A stretch of 64,000 nt of DNA from Anaerolineales bacterium (GCA_015075185.1 JABTUW010000004.1:1144761-1208760), one strand, 5' to 3'. Counted from the stretch's first letter, positions 24,731 through 35,169 are shown. The notes: generated by a model from the sequence alone, not told the origin. A program made the numbers and translations.

Positions 24731-26134
24731 TTACAAAATCTGGCCCGATTTGGCCTTAACGAAGTACCCCTGGCAGGCTTCCTCGATTAACCCCGGAGTC
24801 ATATGCAGCGGCTCGCCGGCGTATTCACATAAAACCTTCACCGCTTTCAAAATATCACGCGGGTGAACCGATTGAAGGGGTTTGCCCGTTTTTCGATACC
24901 ACTCATTGAGAAAATAGAGAAACGAGTCCCGGTCAACGGGCATTGGAAAACCCAAGGTTTGAGCCTGGTTCTCAAAGATTTGATAAAACATCTTTTCATC
25001 AGGCCCAAATACGCCGACTTTGATCTGGATACGGCGCAGAAATGCCCCGTCCACCAGGTCATCCGGGTCCAGATTGGTGCTGAACACCAGCAACTGCTTA
25101 AAGGGTATCTGGAAGGTCATGCCGGAGTTGAGTCGCAAAAAGTCAATTCGGGTTTCCAACGGTACAATCCAGCGGTTTAAAAGCTGGGTTGGGCTAATCT
25201 GTTGGCGGCCAAAGTCGTCAATGAGGAACATGCCGCCGTTAGCTTTCAACTGTAAGGGCGCTTCGTAGAATTTGGCCACCGGCTCATACCGCAGGTCCAG
25301 GTGTTCCATGGTTAATTCGCCGCCGACCATGACCCCCGGCCGCTGAATCAGCCCCCAGCGATTATCCGCTCCGCCCCGTTCGTCAGTACTGAATTTGTGA
25401 ATCAGGCTATCGTAAATCTGAATAATCGCTCCACCGATCGTAATGGCGTAGGGCATCCAGATTGGCTCGCCGCCGCCCAGCATCTTGGCGATGGCTTCGG
25501 AAATAGTCGTTTTACCATTGCCCGGCGGGCCGTACAAAAAGAGCGAGCTGCCGGCGTTAACCGCCGGGCCAATTTTGCGGTCAAAATCCTTAGGTAAAAT
25601 GAGGTGGTTTAAGGCTTGTTGAACCTGGGGTCGGGTTAGTTTTTCAATGGTGGCCTGCGCCAAAACGGATTTGGTGTACTTCTCCAACGGCACCGGCGTC
25701 GGGCCGACATACTGGGTCCGCTCAAAAGCCTCCTTGGCCCTGTTCCGTCCGCCATCGGTGAGACTGTAAACATAGCCGCGCCGGCCCAGGCTGCCCACCG
25801 CTTTGGCCACTTCTAGCATGTGTTCCTGCTGCATCCAGGCCAATAAATCATCAATAATCCGGTAGGGAAGTTTAACGACCTCTTCGGCATGGGTGGCGCT
25901 AACCTCACCCTCGTTGTACGTCAAGCGCAAAAGGATATCAACCACCATCCCCTGGTTAACATCCAAATCATCTAGCGAAGCCGGGGGGGTCAAAAGTTCG
26001 GCCATCCCCTTAAAGCGCTGAATGCTGGGTGCAGTCAACTGCGCCGTGCTTGAGAGAGGTCGTTGTGGTGATATTGTTGCTGTATTGGACAATTGCTTCA
26101 AAGTTCCAGTCGTAGCCATTGGCTCTTTCTCCAA
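24731..26134 (-). CDS. AAA+ ATPase with N-terminal winged-helix-like region
   Basis: 467 aa with Walker A LFLYGPPGNGKTT and Walker B MFLIDDFGRQ. Family not resolved further. Confidence 0.65.
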   Translation of the reverse strand: MEKEPMATTGTLKQLSNTATISPQRPLSSTAQLTAPSIQRFKGMAELLTPPASLDDLDVNQGMVVDILLRLTYNEGEVSATHAEEVVKLPYRIIDDLLAWMQQEHMLEVAKAVGSLGRRGYVYSLTDGGRNRAKEAFERTQYVGPTPVPLEKYTKSVLAQATIEKLTRPQVQQALNHLILPKDFDRKIGPAVNAGSSLFLYGPPGNGKTTISEAIAKMLGGGEPIWMPYAITIGGAIIQIYDSLIHKFSTDERGGADNRWGLIQRPGVMVGGELTMEHLDLRYEPVAKFYEAPLQLKANGGMFLIDDFGRQQISPTQLLNRWIVPLETRIDFLRLNSGMTFQIPFKQLLVFSTNLDPDDLVDGAFLRRIQIKVGVFGPDEKMFYQIFENQAQTLGFPMPVDRDSFLYFLNEWYRKTGKPLQSVHPRDILKAVKVLCEYAGEPLHMTPGLIEEACQGYFVKAKSGQIL

Positions 26135-26444
26135 CGATAGGTTATATGCAATTTAAAATAGTGGGGGGCAGCTTAAAATTATTTTCCAGGGTAATTATAC
26201 TAAAGGCTTCTTAAATTGTCGAGATTTTCTGTTAAGGTTAAGGTACTATTGATCCTTAATAGTCATCAAAAACAATTCCGGCCCTGTTGAGTGAAGATTG
26301 GCATGGCCAGAGCTTCAGTACTCTCACGGGCATGCAGCTCTCATCTCTAAAAATTAAACTATTTTTGGTAGAATTGCCAGAGGACAAAAGTGCCAGTTGG
26401 CTAGAAATTTAGCCGACAAAACCAAAACTACAACAAAAAGCGGA

Positions 26445-26507
26445 TTGACAGTTGTTTACTTTTAGAGTAAAATGAGTGTGTACTCACTCAACTGAGTGAA
26501 CACTCAT
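26445..26507 (+). promoter_or_regulatory. Strong sigma70-type promoter with a palindromic operator for the LuxR/TetR/ABC-2 efflux operon
   Basis: TTGACA (26445-26450), 17 bp, TAAAAT (26468-26473). Immediately followed by nested palindromes ATGAGTGT...ACACTCAT and TCACTCA-ac-TGAGTGA (26472-26507). Confidence 0.6.
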
Positions 26508-26587
26508 ATCACAAAAATGATGGATTTGAAGTTATCTGCTTTAAATCTGGCGAACCCCTTGAGTGTGAACGGCAAGGAGAAATAGAG

Positions 26588-26812
26588 ATGGATTTTTATC
26601 CTGAGCCCTTAACCAAACGCGAGTATGAAGTATTGCTACGCTTGGCTTCCGGCGTGCCAAACCGACAAATTAGCCGAAGTTTATTCATCACCGAAAGCAC
26701 AGTTAAGCGGCATATCTACAACATTTTGACCAAATTGAATGTACATAACCGTACTGAGGCTGCCCTATGGGCGCATCATCTTAGCTTTGACCCGGAGTCA
26801 ACCCATGTTTGA
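26588..26812 (+). CDS. Stand-alone LuxR-type HTH protein
   Basis: 74 aa: LTKREYEVLLRLASGVPNRQISRSLFITESTVKRHIYNILTKL. Confidence 0.75.
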   Translation: MDFYPEPLTKREYEVLLRLASGVPNRQISRSLFITESTVKRHIYNILTKLNVHNRTEAALWAHHLSFDPESTHV

Positions 26813-27440
26813 TCCAACCGTAGACCTAAAAGAGCAAATGGTCGAACACCGGCGCACTCAGATTTTGCTGGGTGCGGCCAAAGTGTTTGCTGAAAAAGGG
26901 TATCACAAAGCCACCACTAAAGAGATTGCTCAAGCGGCTGGCGTATCCGAGGGTACGATTTACAACTACTTCGACAACAAGCGGGAATTGCTGCTGGCCA
27001 TGATCGAACTGCTGGCCCTTCAATCTCTCAAAAGCATCATCAACACTCAGCCGCCCGCTGACCCTAAAGAATTTATCACTATCATTCTCCGCGATCGTTA
27101 TCAACTGGCTCAGGAACGCGGTTACCTGATTATGCCCATCCTGGCCGAAATGTTTACCGATGCAGAGCTGCGCCAGGAGGTTTATCAAAAACTGGCTATG
27201 CCGGTCGCCGGTTTCCTGGAGCGATATATCCAGACCCACATTGACTCCGGCATGTTTCGCCCGGTTAATCCGGTAATTGCGACCCGCGTTTTTATTGGCT
27301 CTATCGTCGTAAACTTTGCCATGAAACTGGCTAACCTTGATGCCAGGTATGAAGATATCTCGCCCGATGCCCTGATCGAGGAATTAGCCTCCCTTTTTAT
27401 GGACATGCTTTTAAATCCGGAGCGAGCAAATGAGAAATAA
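26805..27440 (+). CDS. TetR-family transcriptional regulator
   Basis: ILLGAAKVFAEKGYHKATTKEIAQAAGVSEGTIYNYF is a TetR_N HTH. The ATG at 26805 overlaps the LuxR stop. Confidence 0.8.
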   Translation: MFDPTVDLKEQMVEHRRTQILLGAAKVFAEKGYHKATTKEIAQAAGVSEGTIYNYFDNKRELLLAMIELLALQSLKSIINTQPPADPKEFITIILRDRYQLAQERGYLIMPILAEMFTDAELRQEVYQKLAMPVAGFLERYIQTHIDSGMFRPVNPVIATRVFIGSIVVNFAMKLANLDARYEDISPDALIEELASLFMDMLLNPERANEK

Positions 27441-27501
27441 GAAATGAGACCCGTGAGGATGTCTAACTTCTAATTTCTTATCTCTTATAGGTAATTGAAC
27501 T

Positions 27502-28620
27502 ATGCTTCGTCGTGTCTATAGTCTAATCCGCAAAGAATTTACCCACATCGTGCGTGACCCGCGCACCCTGGCGATCATGATCGTCATGCCCATCCTGATG
27601 CTTATCCTCCTGGGCTACGCCGCCACCACCGATGTTGAATCCCTGCGCACCGCCGTTTATGACGCCGACAAGACTCCTCAGAGCCGCGATCTCATCGCTG
27701 CCTACCAGGCCTCCAATTATTTCGACATTGTGGCTTATGTGGAAAAAGAAGATGACCTGCGCTATCTGATTGATCACAACGACGTACGCAGTGCGCTGAT
27801 TATTCCTGCCGGTTACGGTCGAGATATGGCAGCCCGCGAGCGCACCGATGTCGCCTTCCTTATGGACGGCTCAGACCCGACCGTAGCCCGGACGGTTTTT
27901 GCTGCCTCCCAGCAGGTGGGACAGGCGGTCTCGATGAAACTGTTGGAACAACAGTTGGATGTGCTGGGTCCCCTGCCAGGTGTCGAGGTCAGGCCACGGG
28001 TCTGGTACAACCCCAATATGGAAAGCGCCCATTTTTTGATTCCCGGCACCATCGTGCTGATCCTGTTCCTGTTTACCACCCTTTTTACCTCGACCTCCAT
28101 CGTCCGGGAGCGCGAGCTAGGAACCATCGAGCAATTGATTGTGACGCCCATCCGGCCCATCGAATTGGTTGTAGCCAAAGTATTGCCTTATATCCTGGTC
28201 TCTTTTTTCGTCATCATCGAAGTTCTAACCCTGGGGGTGTTAATCTTCGGCGTGCCGATTAATGGCAGTATCCCTTTGCTCCTGGGCCTGTGCAGCCTGT
28301 TTCTGGTGACGGCGCTGGGGATAGGCATCTTTATTTCCAGTGTTGCCAAGACTCAAGTGGAAGCATTTTTGATGACCTTTGCTACCGTTATGCCTACCGT
28401 CTTTCTGAGTGGTTTCTTCTTTCCCCTCGAGGCAATGCCCTGGGCGTTGCAGCTTATCAGCTATATCATCCCGGCTAAATATGGCCTGATTATCGTCCGT
28501 AGCATTCTCCTGAAGGGAGTGGGGCTGGAGATTTTGAGGGAGCAGGTTGTGGCCATCCTGATTTTTGCCGCCGTCATTGTCACCCTGGCCTCAACCCGCT
28601 TCAAGAAAAAGTTGGACTGA
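27502..28620 (+). CDS. ABC-2-type transporter permease (YbhS/YbhR-like)
   Basis: 372 aa: one N-terminal TM helix, a large extracytoplasmic loop, and an IVRERE.GT.EQL motif followed by 5 TM helices. Confidence 0.8.
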   Translation: MLRRVYSLIRKEFTHIVRDPRTLAIMIVMPILMLILLGYAATTDVESLRTAVYDADKTPQSRDLIAAYQASNYFDIVAYVEKEDDLRYLIDHNDVRSALIIPAGYGRDMAARERTDVAFLMDGSDPTVARTVFAASQQVGQAVSMKLLEQQLDVLGPLPGVEVRPRVWYNPNMESAHFLIPGTIVLILFLFTTLFTSTSIVRERELGTIEQLIVTPIRPIELVVAKVLPYILVSFFVIIEVLTLGVLIFGVPINGSIPLLLGLCSLFLVTALGIGIFISSVAKTQVEAFLMTFATVMPTVFLSGFFFPLEAMPWALQLISYIIPAKYGLIIVRSILLKGVGLEILREQVVAILIFAAVIVTLASTRFKKKLD

Positions 28621-28623
28621 ATT

Positions 28624-29745
28624 ATGTTACGCAGACTTGCCTATTTGGTCTATAAAGAATTCATCCATATCCGGCGCGACCCACGAACGTTATTCATCAT
28701 GATCGTCATGCCGCTGGTTATGCTGATTTTGCTGGGCTATGCCGCCACCACCGATATTGAGCACCTGCGTATCGCCGTTTACGATGGCGATAAAAGCGCT
28801 CAGAGCCGCAGCCTGATTGAAGCCTACCGGGCCTCCAACTCGTTTGACATTGTCCAGTACGTGGCCAGGGAGGACGATCTGACCTATTTGCTCGATCACA
28901 GCGACGTGCGGGGGGCGCTGGTCATCCCCGCCGACTTCGGCCAGCAAATGACGGCTCAGAAAAAGACCGAGGTGGCCTTTTTGATTGACGGCTCAGACGG
29001 AACTGCAGCCAATACTGTTTTTGCCGGCTCACAGAGTGTGGGCCAGGCCGTCACCGTAAAACTCATCGAGCAAAAACTGGGCACATCAGTTGATCGCATG
29101 CCCGGCGTCGAAGTCAGACCCCGGGTCTGGTACAACCCCAACCTGGAGAGCGCCTATTTTATGATCCCCGGCATGATCGTGCTCGTGCTCTTTATCTTTA
29201 CCATCCTCTTTACAGCCACGTCCATCGTCCGCGAGCGTGAGTTGGGGACGATTGAACAATTGATTGTCACCCCTATCCGGCCCATAGAACTGGTGGTAGC
29301 TAAGGTACTGCCGTATGTCGTGATTTCTTTTGTGGTCGTCATCGAAGTCCTGACGATAGGGGTATTGCTTTTTGGTGTGCCGATTAACGGCAGCATCCTG
29401 CTGCTGTTGGGGCTGGCCGCCCTGTTTCTGTTGACCTCTTTGGGGGTTGGCATCCTGGTCTCCAGTATCGCTACGACCCAACAAGAAGCCCTGCTCATGA
29501 CTTTTGCCACCGCACTGCCGACAGTTTATCTGAGCGGCTTTCTATTTCCCATCGAAGCGATGCCGCGCTGGCTGCAATTGGTTACATACGTCGTACCGGC
29601 TCGTTACGCTATGGTCATCATGCGCGGCATTATCTTGAAAGGGGTAGGGCTGGAGATTCTGTTCGAACAGGTTGCGGCTGTGCTTATCTTCAGCACGGTG
29701 GTGGTCATCCTGGCGGCAACTAGGTTCAAGAAGAAGTTGGAATGA
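28624..29745 (+). CDS. ABC-2-type transporter permease (close paralog of 27502-28620)
   Basis: 373 aa, collinear with the preceding gene. Confidence 0.8.
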   Translation: MLRRLAYLVYKEFIHIRRDPRTLFIMIVMPLVMLILLGYAATTDIEHLRIAVYDGDKSAQSRSLIEAYRASNSFDIVQYVAREDDLTYLLDHSDVRGALVIPADFGQQMTAQKKTEVAFLIDGSDGTAANTVFAGSQSVGQAVTVKLIEQKLGTSVDRMPGVEVRPRVWYNPNLESAYFMIPGMIVLVLFIFTILFTATSIVRERELGTIEQLIVTPIRPIELVVAKVLPYVVISFVVVIEVLTIGVLLFGVPINGSILLLLGLAALFLLTSLGVGILVSSIATTQQEALLMTFATALPTVYLSGFLFPIEAMPRWLQLVTYVVPARYAMVIMRGIILKGVGLEILFEQVAAVLIFSTVVVILAATRFKKKLE

Positions 29746-29873
29746 TCGAGGTATCAACAGCGTTACCTACGATGGACGCTATAGGCCCATCCTTTGGCTC
29801 AAAAAGCGCTTGATCGTTTATAGCTTCAGCACTGCACTTTAAAAAAATAAGACGAATTACGTATAAAACCCTC

Positions 29874-29929
29874 TTGACAAGTAAGTTAATAGTAGTTTAT
29901 ACTAGAACTAGTAGTAAGTCTTAGAACTA
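29874..29929 (+). promoter_or_regulatory. Internal promoter with repeat operator upstream of the TrmB-like regulator
   Basis: TTGACA (29874-29879), 18 bp, TATACT (29898-29903). Direct repeats TAGAACTA at 29903 and 29922, with inverted TAGTAGTT/AACTACTA flanks. Confidence 0.45.
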
Positions 29930-29943
29930 CTATAGGAGGATTG

Positions 29944-30747
29944 ATGGATTTACTGGCAAATCTCATAGCCGTTGGTTTTACCGAGTATGAAGCCAAAGTC
30001 TACCTGGCTTTGCTGCGTGAGAGTCCGGCCAGCGGTTACCAACTGGGCAAGTCGGCCGGCATTCCGCGCTCGATGGTTTATGAAGCGTTGGGGCGGCTCA
30101 ATGCACGGGGAGCAATCCTTAAATCGGATGAACGCAAGACGACCCTTTACCGGCCCCTCCCCCCAGACGTGTTGCTCAACCGCTATGAGCAAGAACACCG
30201 GCGTTTGATCCAGAGCTTGCAGGAGAGTTTACACGCCCTGTATAACGCCCCGGCGGAAGACCGTTTTTGGACGATGAGCGGGCGTGACTCAATTCTGGCC
30301 TATGTAGTCCAGACGATCCAAGAAGCTGAGACCGAGTTGCTGCTGGTCCTAGGGGATACCGAGCTGGCTGAATTACGCGAAGAGATTATGCAGGCTTGCC
30401 AGCGCGGCATAACCGTTAGCACCATTCTCACCGGGCGGGGAGAGCTGAACTGTGGCCAGGTGACCCGGCACCCGCCCTTAGAGAGCAAGCTCCAGGAATT
30501 GGTTGACGTGCTGGTTGTCGTGGCCGATAAACGCCAGGCCCTCATTGCCAGCACCGAGGCGGTGATGACGGCGACACTGACCAACAATCGCCACCTGGTA
30601 CTCATTGCCCGGCAGTTCGTGTGGATGGAGCTGTTTACCCAGCGCCTTTACAAGCGGCTAGGTGTGGAATTACTGGCTAACCTGGATCCTGAAGATCGCG
30701 CGATCTTCGAAAGTTTTTCGTTAGGGACAGAGTCACGAGTGGAATAA
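29944..30747 (+). CDS. TrmB-family transcriptional regulator
   Basis: N-terminal GFTEYEAKVYLALLRESPASGYQLGKSAGIPRSMVYEAL is a TrmB-type wHTH. The ~150-aa C-domain is typical of TrmB. Confidence 0.7.
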   Translation: MDLLANLIAVGFTEYEAKVYLALLRESPASGYQLGKSAGIPRSMVYEALGRLNARGAILKSDERKTTLYRPLPPDVLLNRYEQEHRRLIQSLQESLHALYNAPAEDRFWTMSGRDSILAYVVQTIQEAETELLLVLGDTELAELREEIMQACQRGITVSTILTGRGELNCGQVTRHPPLESKLQELVDVLVVVADKRQALIASTEAVMTATLTNNRHLVLIARQFVWMELFTQRLYKRLGVELLANLDPEDRAIFESFSLGTESRVE

Positions 30748-30760
30748 CGGAGCCAGAAAT

Positions 30761-31894
30761 ATGCGGTGTCTTTTGGCTGTTGTGCGCAAAGAGTTTCGGC
30801 ATATCCTGCGTGATCCCTGGACACTCTCTGGAGTCACCCTAGCGGCTGCTGTGCTGATGCTGTTGCTGGCTTACACCTTCTCCGCCACCGTCGAGGAAGT
30901 GCCTGTAGCCGTTTGGGACCTGGACCGCAGCCCTGCATCGCGGACATACCTGCAACGATTTAACAACGACAAATTTTTCGATCTGAAGTATTGGGCGAGC
31001 AGCTATAAAGAGGCATGTGATTGGGTCGAGAGTGGCCAGGTCCGAGCCGCGATGATCATCCCGGCTGGCTTTGCTGAGGCAACGCGTCAGGGAGAGCCAG
31101 CGCCGGTCCAGATTATCGTAGATGGCGCCGAGCCAAACACGACTTATCAGATTGTGGGAAATGCCGACGCCCTATCGGCCAGCTTCTCTACCGAGCTGCT
31201 GGCCCAACGCCTGAATGGAGCAGGGGCAGCCTCAGCGTCTCACCGTCTGCCGCTCGAGTTCCGGGTGCGCGCCCTGTACAACCCCGACCTGGAAGAAATC
31301 AACGGAATCCTGCCGGGTCTCATGGCCATTGTCTTAGCCATGCCAGCGCTCTATGCGGCCTTGTCCCTGGCGCGAGAGAAAGAACTGGGCAGTCTGGAAG
31401 GCTTGATGGCCACGCCAATCCAGCGTTACCAATTGCTGGTAGGAAAGGTCATTCCTTATTTGCTTATCGGTTTGATGGATATTTTCCTTTTTACTTTGAT
31501 TGCGCTGTTCATCTTTGGCATCCCCTTTCGGGGAAGACTGGCCGATCTAATGGTGTTCTCTGGCTTATTCCTGCTGGCGAACTTGGGGCTCGGGCTGCTG
31601 ATCTCGAGTCTGGTCCGGACTCAAATGGCCGCCCTGATTATTGCCGGATTGATTTTTATCATGCCGCCTATCAATGAGTCGGGGATTTTTTATCCCCTCT
31701 ATGCCATGGCCCCCGAGGCCCGCCTGGAAGCTATACTCTGGCCGGCCACCCATTTTGTCATTATCGCTCGAGGAATTTTTCTAAAAGGAGCCAGTTGGCC
31801 GGTACTGCTGCCCAATGGATTGTATCTGCTGGGGCTGAGCCTGCTGCTCAATGGACTGGTCACATGGCGGCTTAAGAAAAAGCTGGGCAACTGA
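30761..31894 (+). CDS. ABC-2-type transporter permease
   Basis: 377 aa with the same topology and the LAREKE.GSLE motif. Confidence 0.8.
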   Translation: MRCLLAVVRKEFRHILRDPWTLSGVTLAAAVLMLLLAYTFSATVEEVPVAVWDLDRSPASRTYLQRFNNDKFFDLKYWASSYKEACDWVESGQVRAAMIIPAGFAEATRQGEPAPVQIIVDGAEPNTTYQIVGNADALSASFSTELLAQRLNGAGAASASHRLPLEFRVRALYNPDLEEINGILPGLMAIVLAMPALYAALSLAREKELGSLEGLMATPIQRYQLLVGKVIPYLLIGLMDIFLFTLIALFIFGIPFRGRLADLMVFSGLFLLANLGLGLLISSLVRTQMAALIIAGLIFIMPPINESGIFYPLYAMAPEARLEAILWPATHFVIIARGIFLKGASWPVLLPNGLYLLGLSLLLNGLVTWRLKKKLGN

Positions 31895-31939
31895 TATTCT
31901 TGGAGGAACAGCAATTTAAGGGGGGTAGGAGTTTATGAC

Positions 31940-33064
31940 GTGTTGGGACGAATTTGGAGTTTGGTGTGGAAAGAAGCATTGCAGTTGTGGCGCTATAAGC
32001 TGGTCTTGATTTTTGTCCTGGTTTTTCCGGTCTGGAACCTGTGGTCCGTTGCTAACATGGTCTCACAAGGCATCATGCACATCCCCACGGCCATTTGCGA
32101 CGAAGATCACAGCCAGGCCAGCCGCCGCCTGGCGACTATCCTGGATAACTCGCGTGGCTTTGAGGTAGCTTACCAGGTGAGCAGTCGGGCTGAGCTGGAA
32201 CAGTTATTGAAATATGGAACTGTTAAAGTGGGACTGGTCATTCCCCCGAATTTCGAGAGCGACGCCCAGGAGAACGGGGCCTCGGTTCAAGTGCTTCTTG
32301 ACGGCAGTGAAACCACAACGGCCTTAGTTGCTCAAGCCTACCTGGAAGGGCTGGCTTTTGAATATATCCGCTGGCTGCTCGGAATATCGCCAGCGCAGGC
32401 GGCAGCACTGGACCAGTTGGCGCAAAATGAGCCGCGGGTGCGGGTCTGGTTTAACGAGGAGCTGCGCCGCGAAGTTTTTCAACTGCCGGCCGAAATGGCC
32501 GGCGGAGTGGCCATTCTGGCCGTGCTGCTGCCCGCCGTAACCATCATTCGGGAGCGAGAGGCCGGAACCCTGGAACAACTGTTGGTCGCGCCAATGCGCT
32601 CTGTTGAGTTAATTACCGGCAAAAGCCTGCTGACCCTGTTGATAACGTTGCTGGTTTTTGGCGAGACGCTGGCTTTGAATGTCTTATATTTTCGGATTCC
32701 GCTGCGCGGATCGCTGGCGCTGCTGGTGGTCTTGACCGGCTACTACATTTTTATCGAAATGGGCTGGGGGTTGTTGATTTCGGCGGTCGCTCGAACCCAG
32801 GGCCAGGGCTTTGTGGGCGCGTTTGTCGTCGTCATCCTGGAAGTCATTCTCTCCGGGCAGGTTTTGCCGGTTGAGTATATGCCCTGGCTGGCTCAGGCAG
32901 CTTCTTATCTCATGCCGAACCGCCACTACAACACCATCGTGCGGGGAATCATGCTCAAGGGCTACACGCTGGGCGATCTCTGGCCCGAGGTGGTGATCCT
33001 CGGCTTGATAGGGGTCATGCTCTATGCGCTGGTGTTACACCGCCTGCGGAAAGGGTTGGAGTAA
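31940..33064 (+). CDS. ABC-2-type transporter permease
   Basis: 374 aa with a GTG start and the IIREREAGTLEQL motif. Confidence 0.8.
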   Translation: MLGRIWSLVWKEALQLWRYKLVLIFVLVFPVWNLWSVANMVSQGIMHIPTAICDEDHSQASRRLATILDNSRGFEVAYQVSSRAELEQLLKYGTVKVGLVIPPNFESDAQENGASVQVLLDGSETTTALVAQAYLEGLAFEYIRWLLGISPAQAAALDQLAQNEPRVRVWFNEELRREVFQLPAEMAGGVAILAVLLPAVTIIREREAGTLEQLLVAPMRSVELITGKSLLTLLITLLVFGETLALNVLYFRIPLRGSLALLVVLTGYYIFIEMGWGLLISAVARTQGQGFVGAFVVVILEVILSGQVLPVEYMPWLAQAASYLMPNRHYNTIVRGIMLKGYTLGDLWPEVVILGLIGVMLYALVLHRLRKGLE

Positions 33065-33071
33065 TGTATCC

Positions 33072-34037
33072 ATGAATAATGGCAACGAACTTATCATCAA
33101 AACCGAAAATTTAATCAAACACTTCGGCCACATCGTCGCGGTAGACGGGCTGCAATTGGAAGTCAGGAAAGGCGAGATTTTTGGCCTGGTCGGGCCGGAC
33201 GGCGCGGGCAAAACCACCACCATCCGCATGCTGGCGGGCATTATGGACCCGACCAGCGGCAACGCGACCATCGCCGGGTTCAACCTGCGTAAGGAGTCGG
33301 AGCGGATCAAGGAGCATATCGGCTACATGGCCCAGCAGTTTGCCCTGTACGGCGATTTGACCGTGCTGGAAAATCTCAACTTTTTTGCCGACGTGTTTGG
33401 GGTGCGGGGCCAGGTGCGCCGGGAGCGCATCGAGCGGCTGCTCAACTTTGCCCGCCTGACCGAGTTCACCAACCGGCGAGCCGGGCAACTCTCCGGCGGC
33501 ATGAAGAAGAAATTGGGGCTGGCCTGCGCCCTGATTCATGCCCCCGACATTCTTTACCTGGATGAACCGACCACCGGCGTTGACCCGGTCTCCCGGCGCG
33601 AGTTTTGGGACATCCTGGCCGGCCTGCATGTGGACGGCACGACCATCCTGGTCAGCACGCCCTACATGGACGAAGCCGAGCGCTGCGGCCGGGTGGGGCT
33701 GATGTACAACGGCCGGCTGATCGAACACGGGACGCCGCAGGAAATCAAAGCTTTGATTCCGGGCGAGTTGATGGAATTTAAACCGGAGTCAACCCGTTTG
33801 TTTGGGGTGGGCCTGCTGCGCCAGGCCAATCAAATCTTGAGCCGGCAGGCCGGCGTGTTAGAAGTACAAACTTACGGCGATCTGATGCACGTCTTTGTTG
33901 ACAACATTGAACAGCGCCGCTCTCAACTTGAAGCCGCCCTCGCCGCCCAGCAAATCAGCATCACCAACTTCCGCCAGACGGTGCCGAGGATGGAAGAGGC
34001 GTTTATCTCGCTGATTGGGAAGATGGAGAAAGCGTGA
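33072..34037 (+). CDS. ABC transporter ATP-binding protein (ABC-2/YbhF-like)
   Basis: GPDGAGKTT, LSGGMKKK and LYLDEPT. ATG at 33072 is preferred over the 33024 extension. Confidence 0.85.
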   Translation: MNNGNELIIKTENLIKHFGHIVAVDGLQLEVRKGEIFGLVGPDGAGKTTTIRMLAGIMDPTSGNATIAGFNLRKESERIKEHIGYMAQQFALYGDLTVLENLNFFADVFGVRGQVRRERIERLLNFARLTEFTNRRAGQLSGGMKKKLGLACALIHAPDILYLDEPTTGVDPVSRREFWDILAGLHVDGTTILVSTPYMDEAERCGRVGLMYNGRLIEHGTPQEIKALIPGELMEFKPESTRLFGVGLLRQANQILSRQAGVLEVQTYGDLMHVFVDNIEQRRSQLEAALAAQQISITNFRQTVPRMEEAFISLIGKMEKA

Positions 34038-34112
34038 GGGGTGTTGCGGTCCGCATCTTCTGTGAGCCTACGCACCATGCAACACGTAAGATGAATTTTA
34101 CAGGTATAAGTT

Positions 34113-35078
34113 ATGACTGAACAGAACGGTAATTATAACGGCCTCGCTATCGAAGTGCTGGGGCTGACTAAAAAATTTGGCGATTTTGTCGCCGTCAACA
34201 ATGTCAATTTTGAAGTGCAGCGGGGTGAAATCTTCGGGTTTTTGGGGCCGAATGGTGCGGGCAAAACCACTACCATCCGCATGCTGTTGGGGCTGCTGAC
34301 CCCGACCAGCGGCACGGCCAGAGTGGTTGGCTTCGATGTGATCAAAGAACCTGAGGCCATGCGCAAACGGATTGGCTACATGAGCCAGAAATTTAGCCTG
34401 TACAACGACCTGACCGTGGAAGAGAACTTAAATTTTTACGGGGGTGTTTATGGCGTGCGCGGGCGCAAGCTAAAGGAGCGCAAGGATTACATTCTGAAAA
34501 TGGCTGGCCTGGTGGGGCGGGAGCGAGAACTGACCCGCAACCTGTCGGGCGGCTGGAAGCAGCGGCTGGCCCTGGGCGCGGCCATCATCCACGAACCGGA
34601 GGCGCTCTTTTTGGACGAGCCGACCGCCGGGGTTGATCCCATCTCGCGCCGGGCTTTCTGGGAATTGATTTACGAACTGGCCGAAGTCGGCACGACCATC
34701 CTGGTCACCACCCACTACATGGACGAAGCCGAACACTGCCAGGATTTGGTCTTTATCCAACGGGGCAGGCTGGTCGCCAAAGGCTCCCCGGAAGAAATCA
34801 AAGTGACCAAAATGCACGGCGACGTAATCGAAATTGACTGTGACGATGCCGCTCGGGCCATCCAGCTTTTGCGTGATCTCAACATATTTGAAGAGGTGGC
34901 CTTATACGGCTCGCTCATTCACGTGGTCACGGATAATTTGCCGGAACACCTGCCCTTCATCAAAAAAACCTTAACCGAGCATGGGGTTCAGGTCAATTCG
35001 GTAGAGCGTATCGCCCCATCCCTGGAAGATGTCTTCATTTCCAGCGCCCGCGAGGCGGAGAAAGTCATCGGAAGATAG
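34113..35078 (+). CDS. ABC transporter ATP-binding protein (paralog)
   Basis: GPNGAGKTT, LSGGWKQR and LFLDEPT. Confidence 0.85.
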   Translation: MTEQNGNYNGLAIEVLGLTKKFGDFVAVNNVNFEVQRGEIFGFLGPNGAGKTTTIRMLLGLLTPTSGTARVVGFDVIKEPEAMRKRIGYMSQKFSLYNDLTVEENLNFYGGVYGVRGRKLKERKDYILKMAGLVGRERELTRNLSGGWKQRLALGAAIIHEPEALFLDEPTAGVDPISRRAFWELIYELAEVGTTILVTTHYMDEAEHCQDLVFIQRGRLVAKGSPEEIKVTKMHGDVIEIDCDDAARAIQLLRDLNIFEEVALYGSLIHVVTDNLPEHLPFIKKTLTEHGVQVNSVERIAPSLEDVFISSAREAEKVIGR

Positions 35079-35169
35079 AAGATAGAAAGTGGCAAAGTAA
35101 AAGCTGACAAGTGCAAATAATGCTATTTGCTACCCTGCTACCTGCTACTTGTCTTGGAGGTAAGTTATT

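Noticed and set aside
24731-26134. The AAA+ ATPase with a winged-helix-like N-terminus and a 450-bp AT-rich upstream region, considered as a possible defence or novel system component.
   Set aside because: It is a single gene with no partner genes or distinctive effector domain nearby. The evidence is insufficient for more than a generic AAA+ annotation.
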